Part shown: positions 9,337 to 18,819 of the stretch, piece after piece
Layout of the letters: every line of letters starts with the position of its first letter
Numbering within the stretch: the first letter of the stretch is position 1
The notes under the pieces: model-generated
Database searches by the model: none
What the model was told of the DNA's origin: nothing
Seen by the model: the letters and a program-made list of their open reading frames with translations, nothing else
Program-made: the position numbers and the translations under genes
Source of the DNA: a bacterium
GTDB lineage: Bacteria; Krumholzibacteriota; Krumholzibacteriia; LZORAL124-64-63
NCBI GenBank assembly: GCA_030654305.1
Contig: JAURXS010000052.1
Coordinates: 1 to 43,973, forward strand
Reading direction: 5' to 3'
DNA length: 43,973 nt

Positions 9337-10260
9337 GTGCAGGATCCCGCCGCCACGCCCGAAACCGTGTTGCCGCCCGCCGGCGCCCCCATCTCCTGGG
9401 AGCTGCCGCCGGAGCTGGAGTACTTCCACACGAGCGAGGCCTACCGCGTCGACCTGCCCGACTTCAACGGTCCCCTGGATCTGCTGCTCTACCTGATCCA
9501 GAAGGACGAGATCGACGTCTACGACATCCCCATCGCGCGGATCACCGAGCAGTTCCTGGCCTACCTCGAGATCATCCAGGCCCTCTCGCTCGACACCGCC
9601 GGGGACTTCCTGGTGATGGCGGCGACCCTGCTGCGCATCAAGGCCCGCCTGCTGCTGCCCACGCCGCCGCAGGACGAGGAGATCGACGAGGAGGACCCCC
9701 GCGCCGAGCTCGTGCGCCGCCTGCTCGAGTACAAGCGCTACAAGGAGATGGCGGCCAGCCTGCAGGCGCTCGAGCGCGACCGCAGCCAGCTGCACCTGCG
9801 CCAGCAGCGCTACCCCTTCCTGCGCGAGAACGCCGAGCCGCCTCAGCTGCGCCTCGGCATGTTCGAGCTGCTCAGCGCCCTGAGCGAGGTCTTCGACCGC
9901 GTCAGCAAGGAGCTGGTCCACAACGTCGTGCGCGAGGTCTTCACGGTCGCGGACAAGGTCCGGCTGATCCGCAGGCGGCTGGCCGAGGAACGCACCGTCC
10001 GCTTCGACGACCTGTTCCGCGACGACGCCATCAAGATGGAGGTCGTGGTGACCTTCATCGCCATCCTGGAGCTCGCCAAGCGCAACCTCGTGCGCATCGT
10101 GCAGACCGAGGTCAACGGCGCCATCTGGGTCCAGCCGACGCCCGGCGCGGATTTCTCCGAGGACGGGGAGACCTGGGACGAGCGGGCCACGATCGACGAC
10201 GGCGACGGGCAAGAGAAGGCGGCGGGCCAGATACCCGGCGCCGCGGAGGCCAGCGCATGA
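9337..10260 (+). CDS. scpA: Segregation/condensation protein A (kleisin)
   Basis: FNGPLDLLLYLI, DIPIARITEQF, FLVMAATLLRIKARLLLP, DPRAELVRRLLEYK, VVTFIAILEL. Confidence 0.92.
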   Translation: MQDPAATPETVLPPAGAPISWELPPELEYFHTSEAYRVDLPDFNGPLDLLLYLIQKDEIDVYDIPIARITEQFLAYLEIIQALSLDTAGDFLVMAATLLRIKARLLLPTPPQDEEIDEEDPRAELVRRLLEYKRYKEMAASLQALERDRSQLHLRQQRYPFLRENAEPPQLRLGMFELLSALSEVFDRVSKELVHNVVREVFTVADKVRLIRRRLAEERTVRFDDLFRDDAIKMEVVVTFIAILELAKRNLVRIVQTEVNGAIWVQPTPGADFSEDGETWDERATIDDGDGQEKAAGQIPGAAEASA

Positions 10261-10970
10261 AGCAGGATCTCGAAGCGCTCCTGTTCGCCACCGACACCCC
10301 CCTGGGCGCGGCCCGGCTCAAGCCCCTGTTCCCCGGGGCCGAGGCGAAGGATTTCCGCGAGGCGGTCGACGCCCTCAACGCCGAGTACGAGCAGCAGGGG
10401 AGGGCGTTCACGGTCGTGGAATTCGGCGGCGGCTGGCAGCTGGCCTCGCGCCCGGAGTACGCCGGGCTGATCCAGCAGCTCTACCGCGGCCGGCGCTTCG
10501 TGCGCCTGTCGCAGGCGGCGCTGGAGGTGTTGGCGGTCATCGCCTACCGCCAGCCGGTCACGCGCATGGAGATCGAGGAGATCCGCGGCGTCCAGGTCAG
10601 CGGCGTGCTGGCGACCCTGGGCGAGCGCAACCTGATCACCGTGGCCGGCCGCAGCGACAGCGTCGGCAACCCCATCCTCTACGGCACGACCCGCGAGTTC
10701 CTCAACCACATGGGCATCAAGGGCCTGCACCAGCTGCCACCCCTGCCCGAGCTCGCCGGCATCATCGGCGACCGCGAGGAGATCAAGCGCTTCGCGCAGC
10801 AGCTCGGCGAGGAGATCACCGACGAGGACTTCGAGACCGTCGCCATCCGCGGCGACGAGATCCTCGTGGTGGTGCCGGACGCCGGCGACGCTGCGACGGA
10901 CGTCGCCGACGGCGGGCCGACGGCCGACGAACCCTGCGAACCGGACATTGCCGAGGCCCATGACGCCTGA
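10257..10970 (+). CDS. scpB: SMC-Scp complex subunit ScpB
   Basis: LEALLFA, LSQAALEVLAVIAYRQPVTR.EIEEIRGV, LYGTTREFL; ATGA overlap with scpA. Confidence 0.93.
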   Translation: MKQDLEALLFATDTPLGAARLKPLFPGAEAKDFREAVDALNAEYEQQGRAFTVVEFGGGWQLASRPEYAGLIQQLYRGRRFVRLSQAALEVLAVIAYRQPVTRMEIEEIRGVQVSGVLATLGERNLITVAGRSDSVGNPILYGTTREFLNHMGIKGLHQLPPLPELAGIIGDREEIKRFAQQLGEEITDEDFETVAIRGDEILVVVPDAGDAATDVADGGPTADEPCEPDIAEAHDA

Positions 10971-11703
10971 CAACGACGCCCAGCGCCTGAACCGCTTCCT
11001 GGCCCGCGCGGGGTTCGGCTCGCGCCGTTCCGTCGAGACGCTGATCGCCGACGGCCGCGTGCGCATCGACGGCGAGGTCGCCGCCAGCCCGGGCTGCCGC
11101 GTCGCGCCGGGATCCCGCGTCACGGTCGACGGGAAGGACGCGGCCTGGCCCACCGCCTGGCGCGTGCTGGCCCACCACAAGACACTCGGCGTCGTCACCA
11201 GCCTGCGCCAGCAGGGCCGGGCGCCCTGCCTCGCGGGGGTCGCCGCCGCCGCCGGATTCGGCCCCGGGCTGGTCCCCGTCGGCCGCCTTGACGCCGACAC
11301 CACCGGCTTGCTCATTTGGACCGACGACGGCGACCTGGCGCAGGCCCTGCTGCGCCCCCGCCGCCAGGTCTGGAAGCGCTACGAAGTGCGGCTCGCCGCG
11401 GCCCTGCCGCCGTCGGCGCGGCCCCGCCTGACCGACGGCGGGATCATGCTCGACGGGCACCCCTGCCTGCCGGCCCGCCTGCACCCGCCGGGCCGCGACC
11501 CGCGCCGCTGGATCCTCGAGATCCAGGAGGGGCGCAACCGCCAGGTCCGCCGGATGTTCGGCGCCGTGGGGGCGACGGTCCTGGGGCTGCACCGCACGGC
11601 GATCGGGCCGGTCACGCTCGGGGACCTGGCGCCGGGGAAGTTTCGCGAACTGACGACCGGGGAGATCGCGGCCCTGCGCGCCGCCGCCGACGGCGGGCCC
11701 TGA
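10960..11703 (+). CDS. rluB: RsuA/RluB-family pseudouridine synthase
   Basis: S4-like RLNRFLARAGFGSRR, catalytic VGRLDADTTGLL, EGRNRQVRRMF; conserved position after scpB; exact family member uncertain. Confidence 0.8.
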   Translation: MTPDNDAQRLNRFLARAGFGSRRSVETLIADGRVRIDGEVAASPGCRVAPGSRVTVDGKDAAWPTAWRVLAHHKTLGVVTSLRQQGRAPCLAGVAAAAGFGPGLVPVGRLDADTTGLLIWTDDGDLAQALLRPRRQVWKRYEVRLAAALPPSARPRLTDGGIMLDGHPCLPARLHPPGRDPRRWILEIQEGRNRQVRRMFGAVGATVLGLHRTAIGPVTLGDLAPGKFRELTTGEIAALRAAADGGP

Positions 11704-11741
11704 GCGGGCCGGACACGACACGCACGGACGAGGAGGAATTC

Positions 11742-12839
11742 ATGGACTACACGCGCCTGTTCCGTCCCGGGATCCTCGCCACCCGACCCTACTCGCCCGG
11801 CAAACCCATCAGCGAGGTCCAGCGCGAACTCGGCCTGGACAGCGTCATCAAGCTCGCCAGCAACGAGAACCCCGAGGGGCCGCTGCCGTCGGTCGTCGCC
11901 GCGGTCCGCGCGGCCGCCGCGGAGCTGAACCGCTACCCCGACGCGGCCTGCCACGACCTCGGCCTGGCCCTGGGCGCGGACCTGGGCCGGGACCCGTCCT
12001 GGCTGCTCTTCGGCAACGGCTGCAACGAGATCATCGACATGTTCATCCGGGCCCTGGTGTCCCCCGGGGAGAACGTGGTCTTCGGCCACCCGAGCTTCAT
12101 CGTCTACCCGCTGACCTGCGCGGTGCACTTCGAGTGCGGCCGGCCGGTCCCCCTGCGCGACGACCGCCACGACCTGCCGGCGATGGCGCGCGCCGTCGAC
12201 GGCAAGACCAAGCTGGTCATCGTCTGCAACCCGAACAACCCGACCGGGACCTACAACACGGCGGACGAGTTCCGGGCCTTCCTGCGGGACGTCCCGTCCG
12301 ATGTCATCGTCATGGTGGACGAGGCCTACGTCGAGTTCGTCACGGCGCCCGACTACCCCTGCACGCTGGAGCTGCTCGACGCCCATCCGAACCTGGTGAT
12401 CAACCGGACCTTCTCGAAAATCCACTCGCTCGCCGGCTTGCGGGTGGGCTATGCTGTGGCGCACCCCGGCCTGATCGCCGAGCTGCACAAGACCCGGGAA
12501 CCGTTCAACGTCAACGCGTTGGCCCAGGTCGCGGCGATCGCGGCGCTGCGGGAGAAGGCGGAGACCGCGGCCCGGGCCGCGCGCAACCGCGCCCAGCTGG
12601 AGCAGCTCGCCGCCGGGCTCGCGGCCCTCGGCCTCGAGGTGACGCCGTCGCAGGCCAACTTCCTGCTGGTGCGGGTGCCGGGGAACGCGACGATCGTGAC
12701 CCAGGAGCTGTTGAACCGCGGCGTGATCGTGCGCCCGATGAACGCCTTCGGCCTGGGCGAGGGCGCGATCCGCATCAGCGTGGGCCTGCCCGCGGAGAAC
12801 CGGCGCTGCCTCGAAGCGCTCAAGGAGATCCTGGCGTGA
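11742..12839 (+). CDS. hisC: Histidinol-phosphate/aromatic aminotransferase
   Basis: YSPGKP, KLASNENP, CNPNNPTG, DEAY, PLP-lysine RTFSKIHSLAGLRVGY; AGGAGG RBS. Confidence 0.9.
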   Translation: MDYTRLFRPGILATRPYSPGKPISEVQRELGLDSVIKLASNENPEGPLPSVVAAVRAAAAELNRYPDAACHDLGLALGADLGRDPSWLLFGNGCNEIIDMFIRALVSPGENVVFGHPSFIVYPLTCAVHFECGRPVPLRDDRHDLPAMARAVDGKTKLVIVCNPNNPTGTYNTADEFRAFLRDVPSDVIVMVDEAYVEFVTAPDYPCTLELLDAHPNLVINRTFSKIHSLAGLRVGYAVAHPGLIAELHKTREPFNVNALAQVAAIAALREKAETAARAARNRAQLEQLAAGLAALGLEVTPSQANFLLVRVPGNATIVTQELLNRGVIVRPMNAFGLGEGAIRISVGLPAENRRCLEALKEILA

Positions 12840-13696
12840 GTTCCGATCCGCAGCTGAAGCCGTTGCGGCCCGCCGACGCGGACCGCTACCCGCGCAGCGG
12901 CCGCGCGCCGGGCCAGGACACGACGCTGGTCCGGGTGGGCGCGGCCGTCTTCGGCGGGCAGCGCCTGGTGGTGGCCGCGGGGCCCTGCGCCGTGGAACCG
13001 AGCGGGTCGCTGCTGGCCACCGCCGCGGCGGTGCGCGACGCCGGCGCGACCATCCTGCGGGCGGGCGCCTACAAGCCCCGCACGTCCCCCTACGACTTCC
13101 AGGGCCTGGGCCGCGAGGGGCTGGCCCTGCTGGACGAGGCCCGGGCCGCGACCGGCCTGCCGGTCGTCACCGAGGTGCTCGACCCGCGCGACGTCGAAGC
13201 CGTGGCCGCCGTGGCGGACATGCTGCAGATCGGCAGCCGCAGCGTGCAGAACGTGCCGCTGCTGCGCGAGGTCGGCCGCAGCGGCAAGCCCGTCCTGCTG
13301 AAGCGCGGCATGATGACCACGGTGCACGAGTGGCTCAGCGCCGCCGAGTACGTGCTGTCGGCCGGCGGCCGCGACCTCGTGCTGTGCGAGCGGGGGATCC
13401 GCACCTTCGAGGACGCCACGCGCAACACCCTCGACCTGAACACCGTCGTGCTGCTGAAGCAGCGCACGCACCTGCCGGTGATCGTCGACCCCAGCCACGC
13501 CTGCGGCGACGCGAACCTGGTCACGGCCCTCTGCCGCGCCGCCGTCGCGGCGGGCGCCGACGGCCTGCTGATCGAAGTGCACGTCGACCCCCTGCTGGCC
13601 CTGAGCGACGGCGACCAGTCGCTGGACCCCGCCGCCTTCCGCGCCGCCATGACCGCCTGCCGGGCCGTGGCCGCGGCCGTGGGCCGTGAGATCTGA
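12836..13696 (+). CDS. aroF: 3-deoxy-7-phosphoheptulonate (DAHP) synthase, type I-beta, catalytic barrel only
   Basis: AGPCAVE, GAYKPRTSPYDFQGLG, LQIGSR, LLKRG, LCERGIRTF, VDPSH, SDGDQSL. Confidence 0.9.
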   Translation: MSSDPQLKPLRPADADRYPRSGRAPGQDTTLVRVGAAVFGGQRLVVAAGPCAVEPSGSLLATAAAVRDAGATILRAGAYKPRTSPYDFQGLGREGLALLDEARAATGLPVVTEVLDPRDVEAVAAVADMLQIGSRSVQNVPLLREVGRSGKPVLLKRGMMTTVHEWLSAAEYVLSAGGRDLVLCERGIRTFEDATRNTLDLNTVVLLKQRTHLPVIVDPSHACGDANLVTALCRAAVAAGADGLLIEVHVDPLLALSDGDQSLDPAAFRAAMTACRAVAAAVGREI

Positions 13697-15248
13697 CCCG
13701 GGGCGCGGCCCCGGCGCTCCCACTCACGACGCCCCCACTCATGACGCCAACGTCCACGACGCTCACGTCGACCACCTGGACGGCTCCGATCCCTGCGGCC
13801 CGCAATCCTACGGCCCCGTGCCGCCCGACACCGTCGTCGCCATCGACGGCCCCGCCGGCTCCGGCAAGTCCACGACCGCCCGCGCCCTGGCCGACCGGCT
13901 CGGCCTGCTCTACGTGGATTCCGGCGCCATGTACCGCGCCCTGACCTGGGCCGCCGCCGCCGCCGGCGTCGACCCGGACGACGAGGCGTCCCTGCTGCGC
14001 CTGCTCGACGGCGCCGACCTGACCCTGCGCACGAACCGCGGGGAGACCGCCGTCTTCTGGGACGGGCGCGACATCTCCGCCGCGGTGCGCACCCCCGAGA
14101 TCGAGGCCCGGGTCTCGGCCGTCTCGGCCCACGCCTCGGTGCGGGAGCGGATGGTCGCGCGCCAGCGCGCCATGGGCCGACGCCAGGGCGTGGTCATGGA
14201 GGGGCGCGACATCGGGACGGTGGTGTTCCCGCTGGCTTCGGCCAAGATCTACCTGGACGCCACCCTGGAGGCCCGCGCCGAGCGGCGGCTGCGACAGCAC
14301 CGCCGACGCGGCCTGACGGTGGATCGGGGGGAGGTCCTGCGCGAGGTGGAGGCCCGCGACCGTCGCGACAGCGAGCGCGCCGCGAGCCCCCTGCGCATCC
14401 CGCCGGACGCGGTGGTCATCGACAACAGCGCGCTGTCGCTCGAGGACCAGCTCGAGGCCACCGAGGCCGCGGTGAGGCGCCTGCTGGCGTACCGGCGGCC
14501 GGCCGACGCCGGACGGGAGGGCGAGCTGTCCCTGCGCTACCGGATCGCCTTCGCCGTCTTCAGTTCCGTGGGCCGTTTCACCGGCCTGCGGGTCATCGGC
14601 CGCGAGCACGCGAACCTGCACGGCTGCATCCTCGCGCCCAACCACGTCAGCAACTGGGACCCGCCCGTCCTGGGCGCCGCCCTGTCCGGCAAGAACCACA
14701 TCCGCTCGATCGCGAAGGAGGAACTGTTCCGGCTGCCGCCGTCGGCCCTGCTGTACCGGTTCCTCTACTCGATCCCCATCAAGCGCAACATCTACGACAC
14801 GGCGGCCTTCGACCGCGCGGCGCAGGTCCTGGCCGAAGGCCAGAATCTCCTGTTCTTCCCGGAGGGGATGCGCCGCGTCTACGGCGAGCCCGGCCCGGTC
14901 CGCAACGGGCTGGGGCTGCTGATGCAGCGCACCGGGGCGCCGACCGTCCCGATCTTCCTGCGGGGCACGCTGTCCCCCCAACCCGGGGGAGGCCCGCGGG
15001 CGCCCCTGGAGGTCTCCCTGGCCCCGCCAGTCCGGCTGCACGCCCTGCCCGTCCTGGGACGGCGCCTGGAGCCGCGGGCGCTCAGCCGCGAGATCGGCCG
15101 GCTCTTCGAGGCGATCTACCGCGAGATGCAGGAGCGGTCCGCCGAGCGCCACCCCTTCACCGATTGGGAGAGGGAGGCCACCGAACGCGTCCGCGCCGCC
15201 ATCCTGCGCAAGGAGGCCCGGACCTTCCACAACCGGCGCCCCTTGTAG
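13686..15248 (+). CDS. cmk: Cytidylate kinase fused to C-terminal 1-acyl-sn-glycerol-3-phosphate acyltransferase (PlsC-like); start may be GTG at 13818
   Basis: AIDGPAGSGKST, DSGAMYRA, MEGRDIGTVVFP, RDRRDSERAASPL, then in the same frame NHVSNWDP, AKEELF, FPEGMR. Confidence 0.88.
   Translation: MRSDPGRGPGAPTHDAPTHDANVHDAHVDHLDGSDPCGPQSYGPVPPDTVVAIDGPAGSGKSTTARALADRLGLLYVDSGAMYRALTWAAAAAGVDPDDEASLLRLLDGADLTLRTNRGETAVFWDGRDISAAVRTPEIEARVSAVSAHASVRERMVARQRAMGRRQGVVMEGRDIGTVVFPLASAKIYLDATLEARAERRLRQHRRRGLTVDRGEVLREVEARDRRDSERAASPLRIPPDAVVIDNSALSLEDQLEATEAAVRRLLAYRRPADAGREGELSLRYRIAFAVFSSVGRFTGLRVIGREHANLHGCILAPNHVSNWDPPVLGAALSGKNHIRSIAKEELFRLPPSALLYRFLYSIPIKRNIYDTAAFDRAAQVLAEGQNLLFFPEGMRRVYGEPGPVRNGLGLLMQRTGAPTVPIFLRGTLSPQPGGGPRAPLEVSLAPPVRLHALPVLGRRLEPRALSREIGRLFEAIYREMQERSAERHPFTDWEREATERVRAAILRKEARTFHNRRPL
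13716..13775 (+). repeat. Four degenerate 15-bp tandem units encoding APTHD-APTHD-ANVHD-AHVDH
   Basis: gctcccactcacgac gcccccactcatgac gccaacgtccacgac gctcacgtcgaccac. Confidence 0.75.
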
Positions 15249-15273
15249 TCGCCCTGCCGGCCCGTCGCCGCCC

Positions 15274-15302
15274 TTGCCAAAACCGCCCCCGGCGTGTATA
15301 TT
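15274..15302 (+). promoter_or_regulatory. sigma70-type promoter of rpsA
   Basis: TTGCCA (15274-15279)-17 nt-TATATT (15297-15302); 5' UTR hairpin TGCCCGGC/GCCGGGTA at 15311-15331 and AGGAGG RBS follow. Confidence 0.7.
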
Positions 15303-15358
15303 CCGCGACATGCCCGGCTGATTGCCGGGTAAATCCGTCTTTTAGGAGGAACCACACA

Positions 15359-17293
15359 ATGAGTCCCAACCCCAACTCGGGGGGTTCGTTTGCACGCCAT
15401 TCGAACTCTTCCGGATCCGACCGTCCCCTGCCGTCCCGCAAGTGGCGCGAGGAGCAGGACGACGACTACCCGGCCGCCCGGGTCCCGGCCACGCCGAAGC
15501 TGACCACCGAATTCGACGCCTCGAGCATCGTCAACCGCGACTATGACGACGACGGCGACGCGGCCAACTTCGACATGCTGGCGCTGCTCAACCAGTACGA
15601 GCAGACGCTGAACGAGATCCAGGAGGGGCAGATCCTCCAGGGCACCGTGGTCGAGGTGCGCGAGAACGAGGTCCTGCTCAACATCGGCTTCAAGAGCGAG
15701 GGCGTCATTCCGATCGAGGAATTCGGCACCACGCAGATCAAGGTCGGCGACACCTTCGACGTGTTCCTGGAGCACCTCGAGGACCAGGACGGCCTGGTCG
15801 TGCTGTCGAAGGAGCGGGCGGACTTCCTGAAGGTCTGGGACAAGATCAAGCAGGCGCACGAGAACGGCGAAGTCGTCAAGGGCGTCGTGGACCGTCGCAT
15901 CAAGGGCGGCCTCGTGGTGAAGCTGTGGGACGTCGACACGTTCCTGCCCGGCTCCCAGGTGGCCCTGCGGCAGGTGCCGGATCTGGATCAGCTGATCGGC
16001 AAGGAGATCGACTGCCAGATCATCAAGAAGAACAAGCGGCGCCGCAACGTCGTGGTCAGCCGCCGCATCGTGCTCGAGCGCGAGCGCGAGGAGAAGAAGA
16101 AGAACCTGATGTCCGAGCTCGACAAGGACCAGGTCCGCAAGGGCATCGTGAAGAACATCACGGATTTCGGCGCCTTCGTGGACCTCGGCGGGATCGACGG
16201 GCTCCTGCACATCACCGACCTGTCCTGGGGCCGCGTCAAGCACCCCAGCGAGGTCGTCAATATCGGTGACGAGATCCAGGTCAAGATCCTGGACTTCGAC
16301 CGCGACCGCGAGCGCATCTCCCTGGGTCTCAAGCAGCTGCAGAACTACCCGTGGGAGAACGTCGAGGCCAAGTACCCCGAGAAGGCCATCGTCCAGGGCA
16401 AGGTCGTCTCGATCACCAACTACGGCGCCTTCGTGGAGCTGGAAGAGGGCATCGAGGGCCTGATCCACATCAGCGAGATGTCCTGGACCCGGCACATCAA
16501 GCACCCGAGCAAGATCCTGTCCATCGGCGACGACGTCGAGGTCATGGTCCTGAAGATCGACAAGGGCAACGAGAAGATCTCCCTCGGCCTGAAGCAGACC
16601 GAGCAGGACCCCTGGCTGTCGCTCAACGAGCGCTACCCGGTGGGCACGATCATCGAGGGCCGCGTGCGCAACCTCACCGACTTCGGCGCCTTCGTCGAGG
16701 TCGAGGAGGGCATCGACGGTCTGGTCCACATCTCCGACATGTCGTGGACCAAGCGGGTCCGCCACCCGAAGGAGATCGTGCGCAAGGGCGACCTGGTCCA
16801 GGTGCAGATCCTGGACATCGACGCCGAGAAGCGCCGGATCAGCCTGGGCATCAAGCAGCTCCAGGACAACCCCTGGCCGACGCTCGCCGAGGACTACCCG
16901 GTGGGCCGCCAGGTCGAGGGCAAGGTCATCCGCATGCTGGACCACGGCATGGTGGTGGAGATCGGCAACGACATCGAAGGGTTCGTGCCGGTGGGCCATC
17001 TGGCCATCCCGAAGCTGGACAAGCCGCAGTTCTTCTTCCACGAGGAGGAGGCGCTGCCGATGCACGTCATCAAGATGGACGCCGAGAACCGGCGCATCGT
17101 CCTGTCGGTGGCCGAGTTCTACAAGGACCAGCCGCGCGACACCCTCGAGGCCTACATCGCGGCCCACCCGCGTCGTGACGACGTGGTGGAGACCGAGATC
17201 GACCCCGAGGGCGCCGACGAGTACGCCGACGCCGCCGTGGACATCCCGGCGTCGCCGATCGGCGACCTCGACGGGGTGGACGGGGACGCCTAG
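15359..17293 (+). CDS. rpsA: 30S ribosomal protein S1
   Basis: Six S1 OB-fold repeats (IGFKSEG, FLPGSQV, DFGAFVDLGGIDGLLH, YGAFVELEEGIEGLIH, FGAFVEVEEGIDGLVH, EGFVPVGHL); ATG 15359 after AGGAGG. Confidence 0.96.
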   Translation: MSPNPNSGGSFARHSNSSGSDRPLPSRKWREEQDDDYPAARVPATPKLTTEFDASSIVNRDYDDDGDAANFDMLALLNQYEQTLNEIQEGQILQGTVVEVRENEVLLNIGFKSEGVIPIEEFGTTQIKVGDTFDVFLEHLEDQDGLVVLSKERADFLKVWDKIKQAHENGEVVKGVVDRRIKGGLVVKLWDVDTFLPGSQVALRQVPDLDQLIGKEIDCQIIKKNKRRRNVVVSRRIVLEREREEKKKNLMSELDKDQVRKGIVKNITDFGAFVDLGGIDGLLHITDLSWGRVKHPSEVVNIGDEIQVKILDFDRDRERISLGLKQLQNYPWENVEAKYPEKAIVQGKVVSITNYGAFVELEEGIEGLIHISEMSWTRHIKHPSKILSIGDDVEVMVLKIDKGNEKISLGLKQTEQDPWLSLNERYPVGTIIEGRVRNLTDFGAFVEVEEGIDGLVHISDMSWTKRVRHPKEIVRKGDLVQVQILDIDAEKRRISLGIKQLQDNPWPTLAEDYPVGRQVEGKVIRMLDHGMVVEIGNDIEGFVPVGHLAIPKLDKPQFFFHEEEALPMHVIKMDAENRRIVLSVAEFYKDQPRDTLEAYIAAHPRRDDVVETEIDPEGADEYADAAVDIPASPIGDLDGVDGDA

Positions 17294-17327
17294 CCGCCCC
17301 CGCAACGGACCGGTCGGGGCAAGCGAT

Positions 17328-17355
17328 GGGGGTGGCGCCTAGCCACCCCCTTCTC
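17328..17355 (+). terminator. Candidate intrinsic terminator after rpsA
   Basis: GGGGGTGGC-5nt-GCCACCCCC followed by TTCTC (weak U tract). Confidence 0.45.
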
Positions 17356-17415
17356 CCATCCGGCCGCCTGCCGGATCCGACGCAAGGATCGACGCAGACA
17401 AGGAGCGACGCAGTC

Positions 17416-18819
17416 ATGGACGGCCAGGACGGACCGCACCGCCGCGTGCGCGTGGCGTTCCACACGCTCGGCTGCCGGCTCAACCGCTACGACACCGAGA
17501 CCATGATGGCCGGCCTCGGCGACGGCGCGGCCCGCGGCCTCGCGTGCGAGATCGTCGCCTGGGACGAACCCGCCGACGTCTACGTCCTGAACAGCTGCAC
17601 CGTCACCGCGCGCGCCGACCAGAAGGCCCGCCAGACCCTCCGCGAGGCGCGACGGCGCAACCCCGCGGCCAAGGTCGTCGTCACCGGTTGCTACGCCCAG
17701 GCCCAGCCGGCGGTCCTGTCCGCGCTCGCGGGCGTCGACGGCGTGTTCGGCACCGGCGAGCGCGACGCCATCGCGGACTGGCTGCCCCGGCTGCTGGCCG
17801 CCGAAGGCCCGCTGCTCGAGGTCGGCGCCCCGGAAGGGTCCGTGGGACCGCCACGAGCGGCGCGCGCGAGACCGCTCGCCGACGAACGCACCCGCGCCCA
17901 GGTCAAGATCCAGGACGGTTGCGACCTGCGCTGCGCCTACTGCTTGGTCTGGCGCGCGCGGGGCCGTTCCCGTTCCCGCGCCCCGGACGCGATCGCGCGG
18001 GAGATCGCCGCCCTGCGGGACCGCGGCGCCCCCGAGGTCGTGCTCTCGGGCGTCCACCTTGGCGCCTACGGCCGCGACCTCGCGCCCCGGACCTGCCTGA
18101 CCGACCTGCTGGCGTCGCTCCTGGAGCGGTTCCCCGACCTGAAGGTGCGCCTGGGCAGCCTGCATCCCGACGAGCTGGGGGCGCCGCTGTTGGACCTCTA
18201 TGCCGGCCGCCCCAACCTGCAACCCTACCTGCACCTGTCCCTGCAGAGCGGCGCCGACGCCGTGCTGCGGCGGATGCGCCGCCCCTACGCCGCCGCCGTC
18301 GTCGTCGGCGTGATCGGGGCCGCGGTGGCCGCGCGTCCCGGAATCGGCATCGGCGCCGACGTGATCGCCGGTTTTCCGGGCGAGACCGACGCGGAGTTCC
18401 AGGCGACGCTCGACCTGGTCGCCGCGGCGCCCCTGGCCTACCTGCACGTCTTCCCGTTCTCGTCCCGGCCGGGGACGCCCGCCGCCGCGATGACGCCGTT
18501 GCCGGCGGCGGTGGTGCGCGAGCGGGCCGCCCGCCTGACGGAGGTCGGCCGCGATCTGCAGCAGCGCTTCGAGGACGATCTGGTCGGCACCTGGCAGGAG
18601 GCGATCGTGGAGTCTCCCAGGCGCACGGACGGTTGGCTGCCGGCCACGACCGGCAATTTCACCACGGTCCTGGTGCCGGGCGATCGGGAGCCCGGCGACC
18701 GCGTCCTGGTGCGCCCGGAGGGTCGGCGCGGGGGCCTGCTCTACGCCACGGCGGTCCGGAGCGAACAAGCGTACAGGGGAGAAGCGGCGGACGTGGTCGC
18801 GGGAGGGGGAGACCGATGA
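17416..18819 (+). CDS. mtaB: tRNA t6A37 methylthiotransferase MtaB-like radical SAM enzyme
   Basis: HTLGCRLNRYDT, NSCTVT, VTGCYAQ, KIQDGCDLRCAYC, LSGVHLGAYG, HVFPFSSRPGT; ATG 17416 after AGGAG. Confidence 0.82.
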   Translation: MDGQDGPHRRVRVAFHTLGCRLNRYDTETMMAGLGDGAARGLACEIVAWDEPADVYVLNSCTVTARADQKARQTLREARRRNPAAKVVVTGCYAQAQPAVLSALAGVDGVFGTGERDAIADWLPRLLAAEGPLLEVGAPEGSVGPPRAARARPLADERTRAQVKIQDGCDLRCAYCLVWRARGRSRSRAPDAIAREIAALRDRGAPEVVLSGVHLGAYGRDLAPRTCLTDLLASLLERFPDLKVRLGSLHPDELGAPLLDLYAGRPNLQPYLHLSLQSGADAVLRRMRRPYAAAVVVGVIGAAVAARPGIGIGADVIAGFPGETDAEFQATLDLVAAAPLAYLHVFPFSSRPGTPAAAMTPLPAAVVRERAARLTEVGRDLQQRFEDDLVGTWQEAIVESPRRTDGWLPATTGNFTTVLVPGDREPGDRVLVRPEGRRGGLLYATAVRSEQAYRGEAADVVAGGGDR

